Source of the DNA: the human T2T-CHM13v2.0 reference genome, Homo sapiens
Direction: 5' to 3' (one strand)
DNA length: 64,000 bases
Assembly: GCF_009914755.1 (NCBI RefSeq)
Contig: NC_060933.1
Of the stretch, positions 29,801 through 43,043 are shown piece after piece; the first letter of the stretch is position 1; each line of letters starts with the position of its first letter. The notes under the pieces were generated by a model. It worked only from the letters and a program-made list of their open reading frames with translations. It was not told where the DNA came from and made no database searches. A program made the position numbers and the translations under genes.

Positions 29801-32469
29801 GAGGTCATGAAGGTCTGAGATAACATAGGAAGGTCTAATGTCAGGATGTAGTATCTCTTGAATGGTATAGGAAAACAGTAGATAAAAAAATGTAGGATAA
29901 CTTGTATGTTTCACGGATGTTGGAACCATTAGCCAGGACAGAAAATATAAAATCAGAAAGTACCTGGTGGAACTAATTTTTCTCCAAAGATGTTCTTTTT
30001 GAGGTATCTGTAGAACGTATGTTTTTTGGCCCAGGAGTTTATTGAATACTTGCCCAATTATGAGTATTAGCAATGGCACAAAGGAAGCATGGCAGCTTAA
30101 GGGGCAAAGAATTCCACTTCTAAATATGCCAGTGATTGTGTTTAAGGCCTTGGAAATATTACTTTTTTTTTCATCTGTAATGTTTGGAGTGTGGTGATGG
30201 AAACATACCTCTTAGGGGAGTTGATATAACTGATACTGAGCTAAAGAATAATAAATTAAGACTAAATAATTGACTATTATACAGCATTTGAAAAATTGTA
30301 GTAGTTAAACATTTTGGGGGCCATAGCAACCATTTACCATGATAAATGTTTATACACTAAAGTTAGGTTCCTAAGATCACTCATTTTGGTAGTCTTTGAG
30401 TAACATCGGCTGAGTTGCATGGATTGCCTCTGGTGTGCTTTAGATAAGCTTTTGTTCTTAGTTTTCTACTTTTCATTACTCATGTATAACTTTTACCTGC
30501 TTTTGCATTAGAAGGAAAACTTTGTCTTACTGGTTATATCCAAACCTCTTGTGCTAAGTATTTTTTATACTTTCACTGAAAAAAAAAAAAAAAACACATA
30601 CTACCTTCAAAATGTTAACTGAAAATGCCTTAGCTAATGAACATGAAAAGAAAAACAGTTGTAAAATGTTTGCTGTTACTGCATTGTTTTAATGTTCTTC
30701 ATTGAGGCTTCTCTGTTCATCAACCCTTTGAGCAGGAAGCAGTATAAGGTTTCTTATGATTATTACTACTAACACATTGTAAAGATCTTTTTCCTTTAAT
30801 CCATTTAGTACAGGATCTATTTAGTACTGGCCTGTGTCCTAGAATACCATCAGAGATAAGGCTATTATCCTTTCATTGAGTATTATCCTGGGAAAGTATT
30901 TATAAAATTGAACTCCATTGCACCTGCTGACCTCCTTTTTTAAATGAAGAAGGGGTGGGGATAGAGATTATGCTAACTGAATTCAGATGAAGCAGTGTAT
31001 TTGCCAGCACTGACACAAAGTGCTTTAGTTAGGGCCTTTTGTTTTGTGCAAATCGATTCCATCTTGGACTCTGAAAGAAATAAGTTGACAATTCAGATCA
31101 GGAAGTTGATAATCACATTGGGTCCTCTGCACTTATTGGCGCAGTTGCTATTTTTCATGAGCAATTCTGTACTAGGACTCCTAGCTATTTCAGGATTAGT
31201 CTAAAATGTTTGTTTGCCATTATTGTCATGTTTTCTGCAAAATTGCTATAAATGTAATCTAGTGGCATTATATTCAAGTATGAAAGACAGTACTCTTAGA
31301 AGAGTTAAATATTTAATATTCATGCTTAGCTTTTTAAAAAATAGATCATTAAAATGGAAAAGAATAGTCAAGCACAATTTTTAAAACTTAGTTTCTTATT
31401 GAGCCTACCTTAAGCTTAAAAAGCTTGAAGAACAGTGCCATGTAACTTGTAATTATCGCTTTAAAAATATTTTGCATTGTCAGATTACTCAGATTATCAT
31501 TATATAAAATATATGCTACATGCACTCATTTCAGTATGCTATTAAGGCTCACATATTTAATCACTTAGGTTTTTTGCTGGTTTGGGGCAGCATTGCTAAA
31601 TTAAATGGTGGTTTGTGCCTTTCTAAAAATTATTTTGATTGATAGGACAAGATATAAATGAAATAAATTTGCTCCCAATTTTGTTGTGCCATTAAATCAA
31701 GCTATATTCTTTTTTCTATGTTCCCTTCCAGTTCCTTCTCATATGGTCACATGCCTTTTCCATAATTAACTCAGTGTTGCAGTCTGCTGTTCACATTATA
31801 TTTTAAGATTTTTCCATGGTGGTACAATATAAAAGTTCAGTATCTTCATAATACAAATGCAAAGCTATTCTGTTTATTTAATAATAAAGTATTTGACCAA
31901 ATTAGTAATCTGGTACGAACCTCAGTTAATCAAATATAAACAGTTTATGTGATGAAATGCAGCAAAATTAGAACTGGAGCCTGGGTCTCCTCACTTAACA
32001 ATATATTATACAATGAACCTTCCAGTATTCTAGTTGCTGTATTTTAAAATTAACGGATCAGGAAAATAAGATGTATATTGGATTTAGTGGACTTTATCCA
32101 TCTCAATTATCTATACTAAGGAAATCAATGTATATACCAGCTTTATAGAGTTATAGTAAATTATATAACACATAAATGTATTATGTAAATTTTACATTGT
32201 GTACATTTTACATATATTAGATATGTGTTGGCCATATAATCAGAAAAATTAATTTTTTTTTGCATAGCCAATCTAAAGTTGAATTTAAGCTGTCTTAAAC
32301 TCTGAAAACTAGGAATCACTTTTATCAATTTATCAGTTTTATCAATTTTTTCAGTTTATTTACAGTTAGGAATGTTTCCTGCTTTTTAAATAAGTAATGT
32401 ATTATCTGAATTTACATGTGTTATATGCATTAATTGTAAGCATTTAGTAATTGAAAGCATAGGAAAAAC

Positions 32470-32715
32470 AGGCATAATGTGTAGCTGAGCACAGGCTTTG
32501 TAGTGAAAGAGATGTGGTGTTTAATCCCAGTTCTACTCCTACTAGCTCTGTGTTCTTAGGCAAGTTATTTACCTTATCTCTTAGCCTCTATTTCCTTCTC
32601 TTTAAAGTAGGCTTAATAATACCTGCCTTACAGAATTATAGTAAATTGTATAATGCATAAATGTCATCTTGCAGAGAACCTGACACTCAATAAAGGTAGT
32701 TCTAGTACTTATTGT
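32470..32715 (+). mobile_element. MIR
   Basis: aatcccagttctactcctactagctctgtgttcttaggcaagttattt. Confidence 0.75.
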
Positions 32716-32943
32716 TATTACCTTTAATATTAATTAAAATTTGTACATGAATTACATTAATAGTAATTTTAGAGAAGAATCAGTTTTAAATGATTGAGGA
32801 CTTATAATATGGATCAAATCAGATTTTTATGAATTCTATAATGTTTGGAAAGTTGCATATGTTGAATAATACAAAATTAAAATGAATAGTAAGAGAATTT
32901 TTTCAGACTGTTCTGCCACCTAACATAATTTTTCTTTCAACAG

Positions 32944-33037
32944 GTTCAGCCCTATGTAGCTACAACCTAAAGCCTTCTGAATACACTACATCTCCAAAAT
33001 CTTCTGTTCTCTGCCCCAAACTACCAGTTCCAGCGAG
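32944..33037 (+). CDS. SLC44A1: SLC44A1 exon 5 (94 nt): [31 protein letters not shown](S)
   Basis: Branch-like cctaac at 32919, acceptor tttttctttcaacag|GT, donor GAG|gtaaat; absent from the ORF track, translated manually. Confidence 0.96.
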
Positions 33038-35169
33038 GTAAATTTTATTGCAAAGTTGTTAACTTGTGACTGTTGTTTTTGTAGGTAAATTTTAAACAAT
33101 ATATGTTATTCTGAGAAAATAGTCATTTGATACCTGTTGGCCAGGTCCAATACTTTTATTAAAAAAATTTTAAAGTAGCAATAGAAATGACATTATATAT
33201 TTAATATTTAAAAACAACACATAGGCAACCAACTTTTCTTGTTCTGACATATTTTAAATTTCATTTCTTTTAGGGGCTTGCTTTTTTTGTTTTTATTTTC
33301 ATGCCATAATTTTTAAGTGCACAAAACCACTGAACTGCTGTAAAATCTGCAACAAACTTAGAAACCAAGTCTCACAATCTCCAAAGAGTTTTTTTGATTT
33401 ATCCTAGTAATATTTACTGGGATTGTTTTAAATTTATTTTGTAAATTTAGAAAGTCTGCCAGTGATTATTCCCCATAGTTTCTTTCAGGTTATATTTTTT
33501 AGGTAACATTCTCTGTATTAGGTTGTTTGCTATATCTTATCCAAGGTCTTCTTCAACAAACATTTATTATTAAGTACCTACTGTGCATGATGGATACAAA
33601 GATGAAACAAGAAATGTTCTTTGGAAGGATCTCAAAGTAGTGATAAGTAAAGCAACATTTAAAATTATAAATAGATTTTTTGAAAGGAAATGAATTATCA
33701 AGCATTGTAAAATATATGCTCAGAATTAGGTAGGTATACGTATCTGTATATGTGTGTATGTATATTTGTGCACACACACACCCCCACATACTTTGGAGTG
33801 TTGGTCAGATCACAACCTTAGTGTATATTGCCAACTGTGTGTAACATGAGTCAACTTCTCCAGGAAAATGTACTTGAGGCCACTTTAATTGTATCTCAAT
33901 ATATTATAGGAAGCTGTTGTATAAAAAATTTTGAGACTCATGTCTACTTTCTTTTGGATTACTTATGGGTGTAACTTGGGTTTTATTAACTTGAATTTGA
34001 ATTTTTCTGTTGAAAGTAGAAAAAAGATATATCAGTTAAATATATTTTCAGCTCATTAATCTTGTCAAGTTGCTATTGAAAAATCAAAATTTAAAGCCTG
34101 TAGACATAAAACTAAAGGGACTATTTTAAAAGATAGTAAGAGAGACTTACAAATTATGGCCTTAAACCAACAGCTACGGAGATTACATTCATATAAATTG
34201 AGAATATTAGGGAGGCTGTGGGAGTAAAGAAAAGGGGATCCTTTGAATAGTCTTAGGAGAAAATTTATCCATATAAAAATTAGAAAAGCTCTATACCCTT
34301 ATCTATCCAACTGGTAAAGTCTGTTTTAAATATATTCTTTGAATATAGAATCATGCTCTCAAGATTAAAACATATTATGACAGTATAGCCAGAAAGCCTG
34401 GGTGTGAGAGGGAGGTCTCTGCTCCTGTGTAATAGGGGCAGGATGTCAGGTGGGGGCAGCTCAGCTCATCCTGCACATCCTTCCCCGCCTCTGACCTCTG
34501 ATGCCACTATGTTGAGGACTGCCTGTTCCTGGTTATTTTGGGTTTTCCAGTTTTTGGTACACACATGCATCTCACAATGTCCTAGGGGTATTCACTGGAA
34601 GACAAAGAATAGTATTAGGGGAGAAGATTTTAGAGATGGACAGAAATGGCTTCTAACAAGGTCATCATCTGATATCTCACTAATCTAAAATGCAGTGCTG
34701 AACCTATACCATCTGAAAACTGACGGCATGCTGTGTTTATGCTGTGTTTAAAGATCCTTATGTTTTACTTATTTTAGTGCATCACAGTCTAAGTATGTTA
34801 TCACTTTTGTCTGAACTAAGCCAGTTGGAAAGTAAAAGAGAAGAACATTTGATAGAAAGAAGGCAAATCTTGTAAATACCAGAGCTATATAGTATTAGAT
34901 AAACAAACTGAAAGGATCTGAGAATAAGAATAAATTTGTTTTAATAAAAAGACTTGAGGCATCACCCCATTCCACCCATCGTTGTATTAGATACCAAGTC
35001 TCCAAAGATGAGTAAGACCTAGTCTCTGTCTTTAAACTCATAGTCTAGTAGGGACTATGTTTTTGGTGACTTTTTTTAATGGCAAAAGACCAGCACCAGG
35101 CAAAACTATGAGGCAGGCAAGTACCCCTCAGCATCCTTCACATCTCTTTTGGTGTCCTTCTAGGAGCAT

Positions 35170-35390
35170 ACTACTGGGACGGAAGGACCTGAACTTTGAG
35201 ATAAGTCTGGGGTGAATTCCATATAATTACTTTCTGTTTGTCACCTTGAGCAAGTCTCTTAACCTCTCTGTAAACCAAGTTTCCTCATGTGTGAAGTGGG
35301 AATAGTCATACTCCCCTCAAGGATTTGTAAGAATTAAACAAGATAATATACATTAAACATCTGTGTGCTTGGCACTTGACTTAGGAGGTA
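35170..35390 (+). mobile_element. MIR
   Basis: ccttgagcaagtctcttaacctctctg..tttcctcatgtgtgaagtgggaata. Confidence 0.7.
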
Positions 35391-35837
35391 TTTCTTTAAA
35401 CTTCTAGAACCTCTTCCTTTGGCCCATCTTTCTTGGGTATCCAGGGGCCTTCTACAGCTAAAAGCAGCACCTGTTTTAGAGAAAAGCAATTGTAAACTAA
35501 TTTTCAATGAAGCATTAGTGACACATAATAACCAGATGATTACCATTCCTAAAAGCTTTTGAATTTTAAAAACAAATGCCTAGAAAGAGTTGTATTTTAT
35601 CCAAATTCATAACTCTCTATTGGTGAAATGCCAACCATGGTGGCAATATGGGGAATAGCTAGCCAGTATGCTTACAGTGCTTTTAGAAATAGCCAGAGAG
35701 AACAGCAATAGTAGAAACAGATTACATAAATTCAGTTTATTCATCATGTATTTGGGCACCTCTGGATGCCAGAAAGGTTACTAGGTGCTGGGGAATTAAT
35801 GATACAATAATGTAGAGATGACAAATTAATAGCCAAA

Positions 35838-36117
35838 GGCCAGATGCAGTGGCTTATGCCTGTAATCCCAGCACTTTGGGAGGCCAAGGCAGGTGGATTG
35901 CTCGAGGCCAAGAGTTTGAGACCAGCCTGGCCAACATGGTGGAACCTCGTCTCTACCAAAAACACAAAAATTAGCTGGGTATGGTGGTGCATGCCTGTAA
36001 TCCCAGCTACTCAGAAGGCTGAGACATGAGAATCGCTTGAACCTGGGAGGTGGAATTGTAGTGAGCCAAGATTGTGCCACTGCACTCCAGCCTGGGCAAC
36101 AGAGCAAGACCCTGTCT
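35838..36117 (+). mobile_element. Alu (S/J type) whose tail became a purine microsatellite
   Basis: Sense dimer ending gaccctgtct. Confidence 0.93.
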
Positions 36118-36192
36118 GAAAGAAAGAAAGAAAGAAAGAAAGAGAGAAAGAGAGAAAGAGAGAAAGAGAGAAAGAGAGAAAGAGAGAAAGAG

Positions 36193-36223
<31 letters not shown>

Positions 36224-36226
36224 AAG

Positions 36227-36285
<59 letters not shown>

Positions 36286-36286
36286 A
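36118..36286. repeat. Compound (AAAG)n/(AAAGAG)n microsatellite; 169-nt pure purine tract
   Basis: Only A and G from 36118 to 36286; terminal (AAAG)14. Confidence 0.97.
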
Positions 36287-36588
36287 CCAAGAAAAAAATG
36301 TTATCTGTTCATATTTTTCAATGGAGGATTCAAGGATAAATTAACATTTACAAATCATCTACTACATGCCAGCTATCCCACAGTATCTCTCATATATATT
36401 ATCTCATTTAACCTTCACAAAAATCTGTCAAGATATTGCCCCCAATTTGTAGATGAGGAAAAAGAAGATGAGAGAGGTTATCTAAAGCCACACCACTAAT
36501 TGTTGCAAATTGGAATTTGAATCCAGGATGTTGTAGTCTATACCACAGTGAGTGTTCAACAACAACAAAGAGTATAGGAGTGAAAGAA

Positions 36589-36740
36589 GGCCGGGCACAG
36601 TGGCTCATGCCTGTAATCCTAACACTTTGGGAGACCAAAGTGGGAGGATCGCTTGAGTCTGGAAGTTCAAAACCAGCCTGAGCAACATAGCAAGACCCTC
36701 TCTCTCTATAAAACATAAATAAATGAATAATAAAAATGTT
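36589..36740 (+). mobile_element. FLAM/Alu left monomer
   Basis: Single arm; TSD about GTGAAAGAA. Confidence 0.85.
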
Positions 36741-38627
36741 TTAAAAAGGGTGAAAGAAGAGAAAAAAGAAACACCACTCCATGTTTAGACTCGTAATTCC
36801 TGCCTTTACTGTACTATAGAGATATTGCCAGAATACTTTATTGTTATACTTACTTAAATAAAACTTTGGCTAGAAATCATGTGTAATTGTTTATTTATAA
36901 CCTGAGGTTCTAGAGTAATTATATGAGATGCAGACCCCTGCCTTCTTGTGAAGGCAAATGGGCAAGTGGTATTAGGCACTGTTTGTCATCATACTTTAGG
37001 GAGCTTATTAACTGTGATGATCTGAACTTAAAGGTAAATGGACAGTATGTTTGCCAAGGTAAGATATAATTTTCATATGAGGGACTAATTAAAAATTTTT
37101 AAAAGACTCATTATAAGTTCATTTTGTTCTTGTTGACTGCTTCAGCAAGTAAAACAGCATCACTTCCTAATGTGACTACATCGACTTATTAAAGATTCAA
37201 TATTTGGTGGAAGGTAGAAAAACTTACTGTATATAGAATACTTTATGCTTGTCCTTTTAATTAAGAAGCACAAAATGTGTCATTTAGGTAAGATACTAAA
37301 GTAGAAATGATCTCGTAATACTAGCTCCTCAAAAGTATTATTTTCTCAGAGGTATATGAAATCGGTGAATTCACCTCCACCGAAATTCATTAAATCACAT
37401 GGGATTTAAACGCTAAAATATAAAACAAACCATTTCAATGACTCGATTATTACTTAATTTTTTTTGATAAGAAAACAATTGAAGTATCAAAACCCTGTGG
37501 CTGGCAGAGTTGTTTTTGTTTGGGGAAAAGTTGAGAAAAAGAATGACAAATAAGGAAATCTAGTTTGTTTAGATTTCAAACAAGGGAATCTAGTGCTTTT
37601 TACTTTAAAGCTAAGTATTTCATCTTATTTTTGAATAATGTGCCTATATATTATTTCTTCTTATGTTTGCCTTCTATTTTTGTTATTCATTACCACTAGG
37701 AACAGATTTTGACTATCAGCTAGACAATGTAGTTAATCAGCATGTGCTAATTTTATACCTTTAAATTTAGAGTATCAGGTTGTTGTTTTTTTTTAACTGA
37801 CATAGATTGAATTTTGGTGCAAAGAACTGTTGTTATTTTGCTCCAGTTCTTTGAAGAATACTTATGAAAGTACTCTTTCCAATTGGCCAACTGTTAATAA
37901 ACAGTGTAAAAATGTTTGAAAGGTTAAGTTCAGGGCAGATATTACCCAGCATTTCCTCCTAAATAAAAATGAAGGATTTTCATTTTGAGAGTTCTGGTCA
38001 TTCTCTTTTAAAATCATCTATTATCATCCTAAATTTGAAAAGAAAAAAAACACTGAACATATTGGGCATCCTGTTCCTGTATAATTTTGTATCATCGATT
38101 TATGGGTGCCCTCTTGGATGGTGATGATGATGATCTGAAGAGACTTACAGAGTGCTTACTCCTACTCTTTCAGCTAACCAATGGAGAAAGTAAGAGAGAG
38201 AGATGGAGTTACAGGCAGGGTGCAAGGTTAGAAGAATTGGGGCTTTTATAGTTGCCTAGCAGGAAAAAGAAAACAGGAAGGCAGGGCCGAGAAAAATAGT
38301 GGGTACTGAAAACAAGAAAAAGACATCAGTATCCTTAAGTGAATATATTTTATGTTCAAGGTTGGAGGCAAGTGAGTTAAACAGAGACTAAATCACACAT
38401 GATAGGGTAATAAATAAAGAGGATGGAGTTATAGATAATCATGAAACAGAGAGGATTTTAGTTTTGAAGGATAGAGAACCAGGCTTTATTTTAAAAATAT
38501 GGTTAGAAGAGTCCTTAGGCAGAGATATTAACTTGCAGAGATGGCATCCAGACAACCTCAGAAAAGAGGCTTCATCATGACAAAGTTGTCAGTTTAAAGG
38601 TTTCTGTCACACATCAGCTTCTATTGA

Positions 38628-38959
<332 letters not shown>

Positions 38960-40529
38960 AGTTAATCCTTTTTGATTCTCATAATATTTTTAACTAAATC
39001 TACTTCACTTAAAGGTATTCTATAATTTAATATCTTTTTGCATCATTAGTGAAGCACTTTTTGGTTAAAAAAACAATTATTTGAATACCTGTAATTCAAG
39101 CATTTCTTAGAATGCTGTGGCTTCCTGCGCTTTCTGATACAATATCAAACCTTTGGCATTAACTTTCACTAATACCATTTTGGAGGTTGACACAAATACA
39201 CAGGGATGCAAGAGGCAATTTTAAAAAACAAATATTCATGTCATATTGTTATGTCATCATTTTTTGATATATTTGCTAAAGCAAGACTAAGGCAAGGCTA
39301 GATCTTTAAAATTATATTATTTTAACGTTCCACCAAATATGACAGCATGAAAGATGTTACTTTTTCTTACCATCAATGGTGCTCATTTACTAACATTTAA
39401 GGGAAACTAATACATAGTGTGCTTATATTCTTATTTGAAAAGAAGCATTTTTCGAGGAAGGAAACAAGGATAGTGTTTTGCTTCAGGTCATACAAAGTTG
39501 CTTTGCTGAGATTAGAAACCTTGTAGTGCCCAACCATGTAATTTTATCCACTCATTGGACCAAAATATAGTGCCAACCAAGACTGAGGAACACATTTGTA
39601 TCATTCCAGTTAAAAATGTAGTTGTAGCTGGGACTTAAAGTTCTGTGAACATATTTTCATGGATACCATTTAAAAAAAGTTGTAAGAACAATTCTGGAAA
39701 TGTGGGATTCACGTTAACGATGGCTAAATTTTAACATAATGCACATATAAGTGTGTATTTATGCATGGACATACATATGGCTCTCATAGAATCCGAGTAA
39801 ATCACAACCAAAGGCATATTCGTAGTTCTTTGCTTAAAATCTCTTATTGATTAGTGTATACTGTCCTCTCAGAAGTTGAACCATGTTGTAACAAAACAGG
39901 TTAATGTCACAGTTTACACATAGCTCTAGTCTTTCACAAGTAAAAGTTTCAGTCCATATAAGCCTAATATAAATGACTAAGTAATTGGTTATTTTACATC
40001 TTTTTAGACACAGATAATCTTAGATTAATAGTAACTGATAAAAAGAAAATAGCCCAGAATTATGTGATCCTAACAAGTCCAGTATTTTTCACTTGTTAAT
40101 TATTTTCTGTTCTCATGATTATGTGTAATCTTTTATGCAGAGATATCACATTAGATATACTTTTCCCCTTATATTATTACATTATAAGCATTTCCATATA
40201 TTAGTACTCATGGTTACTGTTTTAAATAGCTGCCTATTATGCTGTTTGTTGATGTCTCAGCATGACTTTGTTTATATGAGAGGTATTAAGCTTATGCTGT
40301 AAACACCTTTATTAATCTGAGATTTTGTATGCTGTTTTGTTAGAGGAAACATTCTATTAATGGTGGCATATTTCAAGTAAAAGCATGTGCTTTTTATTTT
40401 TAAATCGCTTATGGCAAAAATTCATTTTCAGTTCAATAAAGTATGTGTTTGTAAGCTTTGTCATCTGCCCCTTGACTGGTAGATGTGCAGGCTAAGGAGT
40501 TTTAAGTGTTTGGTTTTGCTTTTGGTAGT

Positions 40530-40561
40530 TGTGTGTGTGTATGTGTGTGTGTGTGTGTGCG
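40530..40561. repeat. (TG)n microsatellite
   Basis: Seen directly. Confidence 0.9.
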
Positions 40562-40821
40562 TTTCTTTTCAGAAGGGGCGGGTAATGTCTTCTGTTGGAA
40601 CATGCACTCCACCCTCTTTGATAAGGCTTGTGGTAAGATTTGCATCACTACCCATGACAGTCATCCTCATAGCATTAAGCACACAGCTCTTAGCTCCCAT
40701 AATGATGTGTGGAGGGTGGAGTGTATTGCAGCCATATTCACCTTTCATTTGTGTGTTTGATGTGGCATTTATATTAAGTAGGAGTAATTTTTTTTCTGAT
40801 TTTTTTTTCTTGTGTCACCAG

Positions 40822-40991
40822 TGCACCTATTCCATTCTTCCATCGCTGTGCTCCTGTGAACATTTCCTGCTATGCCAAGTTTGCAGAGGCCCTGATCACC
40901 TTTGTCAGTGACAATAGTGTCTTACACAGGCTGATTAGTGGAGTAATGACCAGCAAAGAAATTATATTGGGACTTTGCTTGTTATCACTAG
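40822..40991 (+). CDS. SLC44A1: SLC44A1 exon 6 (170 nt): [57 protein letters not shown](V)
   Basis: Acceptor ttttcttgtgtcaccag|T, donor CTAG|gtaatt; frame continues from exon 5. Confidence 0.96.
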
Positions 40992-42953
40992 GTAATTGTT
41001 TTTCTCATTATTAGCTATTGCATAGTATTGCAGAAGAAGACTGTTTTGTCTTTTAGCCAAAATATGAATACAACTGGGGATACTTGTAAAATGTTTAACT
41101 TCCCATAGCCAAAATCATTGTTTCAGATTATATATAGTTAAGAATATGTACATATAAGTATGTATATATATCTGAAACTCATTCCCTTCTTTTTTTCTTT
41201 CATTGGAGAAAACTAGTGTTTTCCCAAACGTTGTTTACTAAGTCTATAGCTACTTTAATATGAGAGCAAGAGGCTTCTTTTAATGAATCAACAACCCTCT
41301 GTTTTTAGTTATGATTCCTAAAAGGTGTATTTACTTATACAGGAGGCGACATATTCTCTTATATATTCCCATTTAAGAACACAGATTTCTGATAGATTAC
41401 TTTTGAAGTATGTAATTTTTTTTTCATTGCTACAGTGCATAGTATCAGTGTATTGCTGGAAAAATTAGGAAATCTCCACCTATTAGCCACTGAGTTTTCT
41501 AGTCAATAAATAGATAATAAATCAAACAAAAATGTTATTTTCAAGATTAAAACTCCCTATATTATTCTAGAACTATATGTACCTTATCAGAATGTATAGG
41601 CCTTCTTAGTTGGGAGAAGTAAACTATGGTAGGAACCAACAGCTATTTCATTATATAAGTAAACTTAGTATTTATGCCTGTTAACAATTATAGCCATTGA
41701 GAAGATACAAGCTGTATTTCCGTCTTTCCTGTCATTAGAGAGTATTTTCTTTTTGCTTAGGTAGTACTTGACTCAATTGAAATAATGCTGTCCATATGAA
41801 AATCTATTTCTGTGATATTTGAAAGGCTCCCATCTGTTTTTGGTTCCTGTACATTTATTGCAAAAGTGAGTACCTTAATAATGTTACCTAGACACAAATC
41901 CCAACCATTTATTTGGCTTTGCAAGTGGCCCAAAGAAACTTAACTGTTAGTCTAGCTTTATATCAAAATTATTTGGTTTTTGAAATAGTTAAAACTTTAA
42001 CCAAAAACTAAAGATCCAATTAAAAAATAGTGCCAATAATGCTAAGCCATCAGAATTCTATTTTTTATTAGAATGATTCTCTTTTGAGGCTTAAGAGTGT
42101 AATATAATCTTAAAAAATCTTTGTTCATTTGTTTGTGGAATGGGCCTTTAGATAATTAAGAAATTTATAAATTATTATTTCAGAAACGTATTTCCCATGC
42201 AAGGGTTAAATCTTTCCTTTCTTCTTTAAGATTTTTACTCAGGATTATAGCACATCGGATTTAGCTTGGGGCAGGTAGAAGAACTGGCTGTATAACTCAA
42301 ACAGCTTTGCTCCTTTTTGAGGAAGGTCTCCTCACCTGGGACCCCTGACCTCAGTTGAGAAATTAGACAGAGGAAATTCGGCCATAGTAGGCTTCAGGAT
42401 GTTATTCCACAGAGTCGGACCATCCTTTGGAGTTCTAGAGGAGAAACAGCCAGAAAAGGATAAGATGCCATTTAGCTTCTTGACTGACTGTCAGAGAAGT
42501 TAGTTGCTCCTGAAATACATAGATTACTCAATAAAGCGTAGCTCCTAATTTAACTGATCTCTGTCTATGTGTAGTAATTTTTCTTGTCACCAACATGACA
42601 TGTCATTCTCTACACTTTGTGTGCTGGCATGTATGTTTGCATGTCTGATGTCTTCCCCGTGGTGAATCCACAACAGTCTTGTGCTGTTTTTGAGTCACCA
42701 TGTGCATTTGCATGTATTTTTTTCTGTAGTTTATAAACCCACAGTTAGGTGACTTTGGTTTCGAGTGATGCTATTTAAGTGGTACAGGTAGCAGAGTCAA
42801 ATACAACAGCAGCTAGTTTCCTTCCTTATCTAAATTGTGGTCAATAGCAACAGATTATTTCCCTGGGGAAAAAAGCAACCATTTAAAGCGTTTTTATTTG
42901 TATTTACCTGCATTTTCAAATAATATTCTATATGTTCTCTATCTTCCCTGCAG

Positions 42954-43043
42954 TTCTATCCATGATTTTGATGGTGATAATCAGGTATATATCAAGAGTA
43001 CTTGTGTGGATCTTAACGATTCTGGTCATACTCGGTTCACTTG
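42954..43043 (+). CDS. SLC44A1: SLC44A1 exon 7 (90 nt): [30 protein letters not shown](G), transmembrane segments
   Basis: Acceptor tctatcttccctgcag|TT, donor CTTG|gtaagc; phase 1-1. Confidence 0.96.

Noticed and set aside
29579-30079. Longest ORF in the track (166 aa, minus strand)
   Set aside because: It partly overlaps a degenerate L2, has no recognisable domain and begins at a non-ATG codon.
35826-36499. KE/R-rich and F/S/L-rich ORFs (100-154 aa)
   Set aside because: They are open only because the purine microsatellite has no stop codons.
37364-37375. Palindrome GGTGAATTCACC (also GAATTATATAATTC near 19691)
   Set aside because: Isolated 12-14 bp palindromes are expected by chance in 64 kb of AT-rich DNA.
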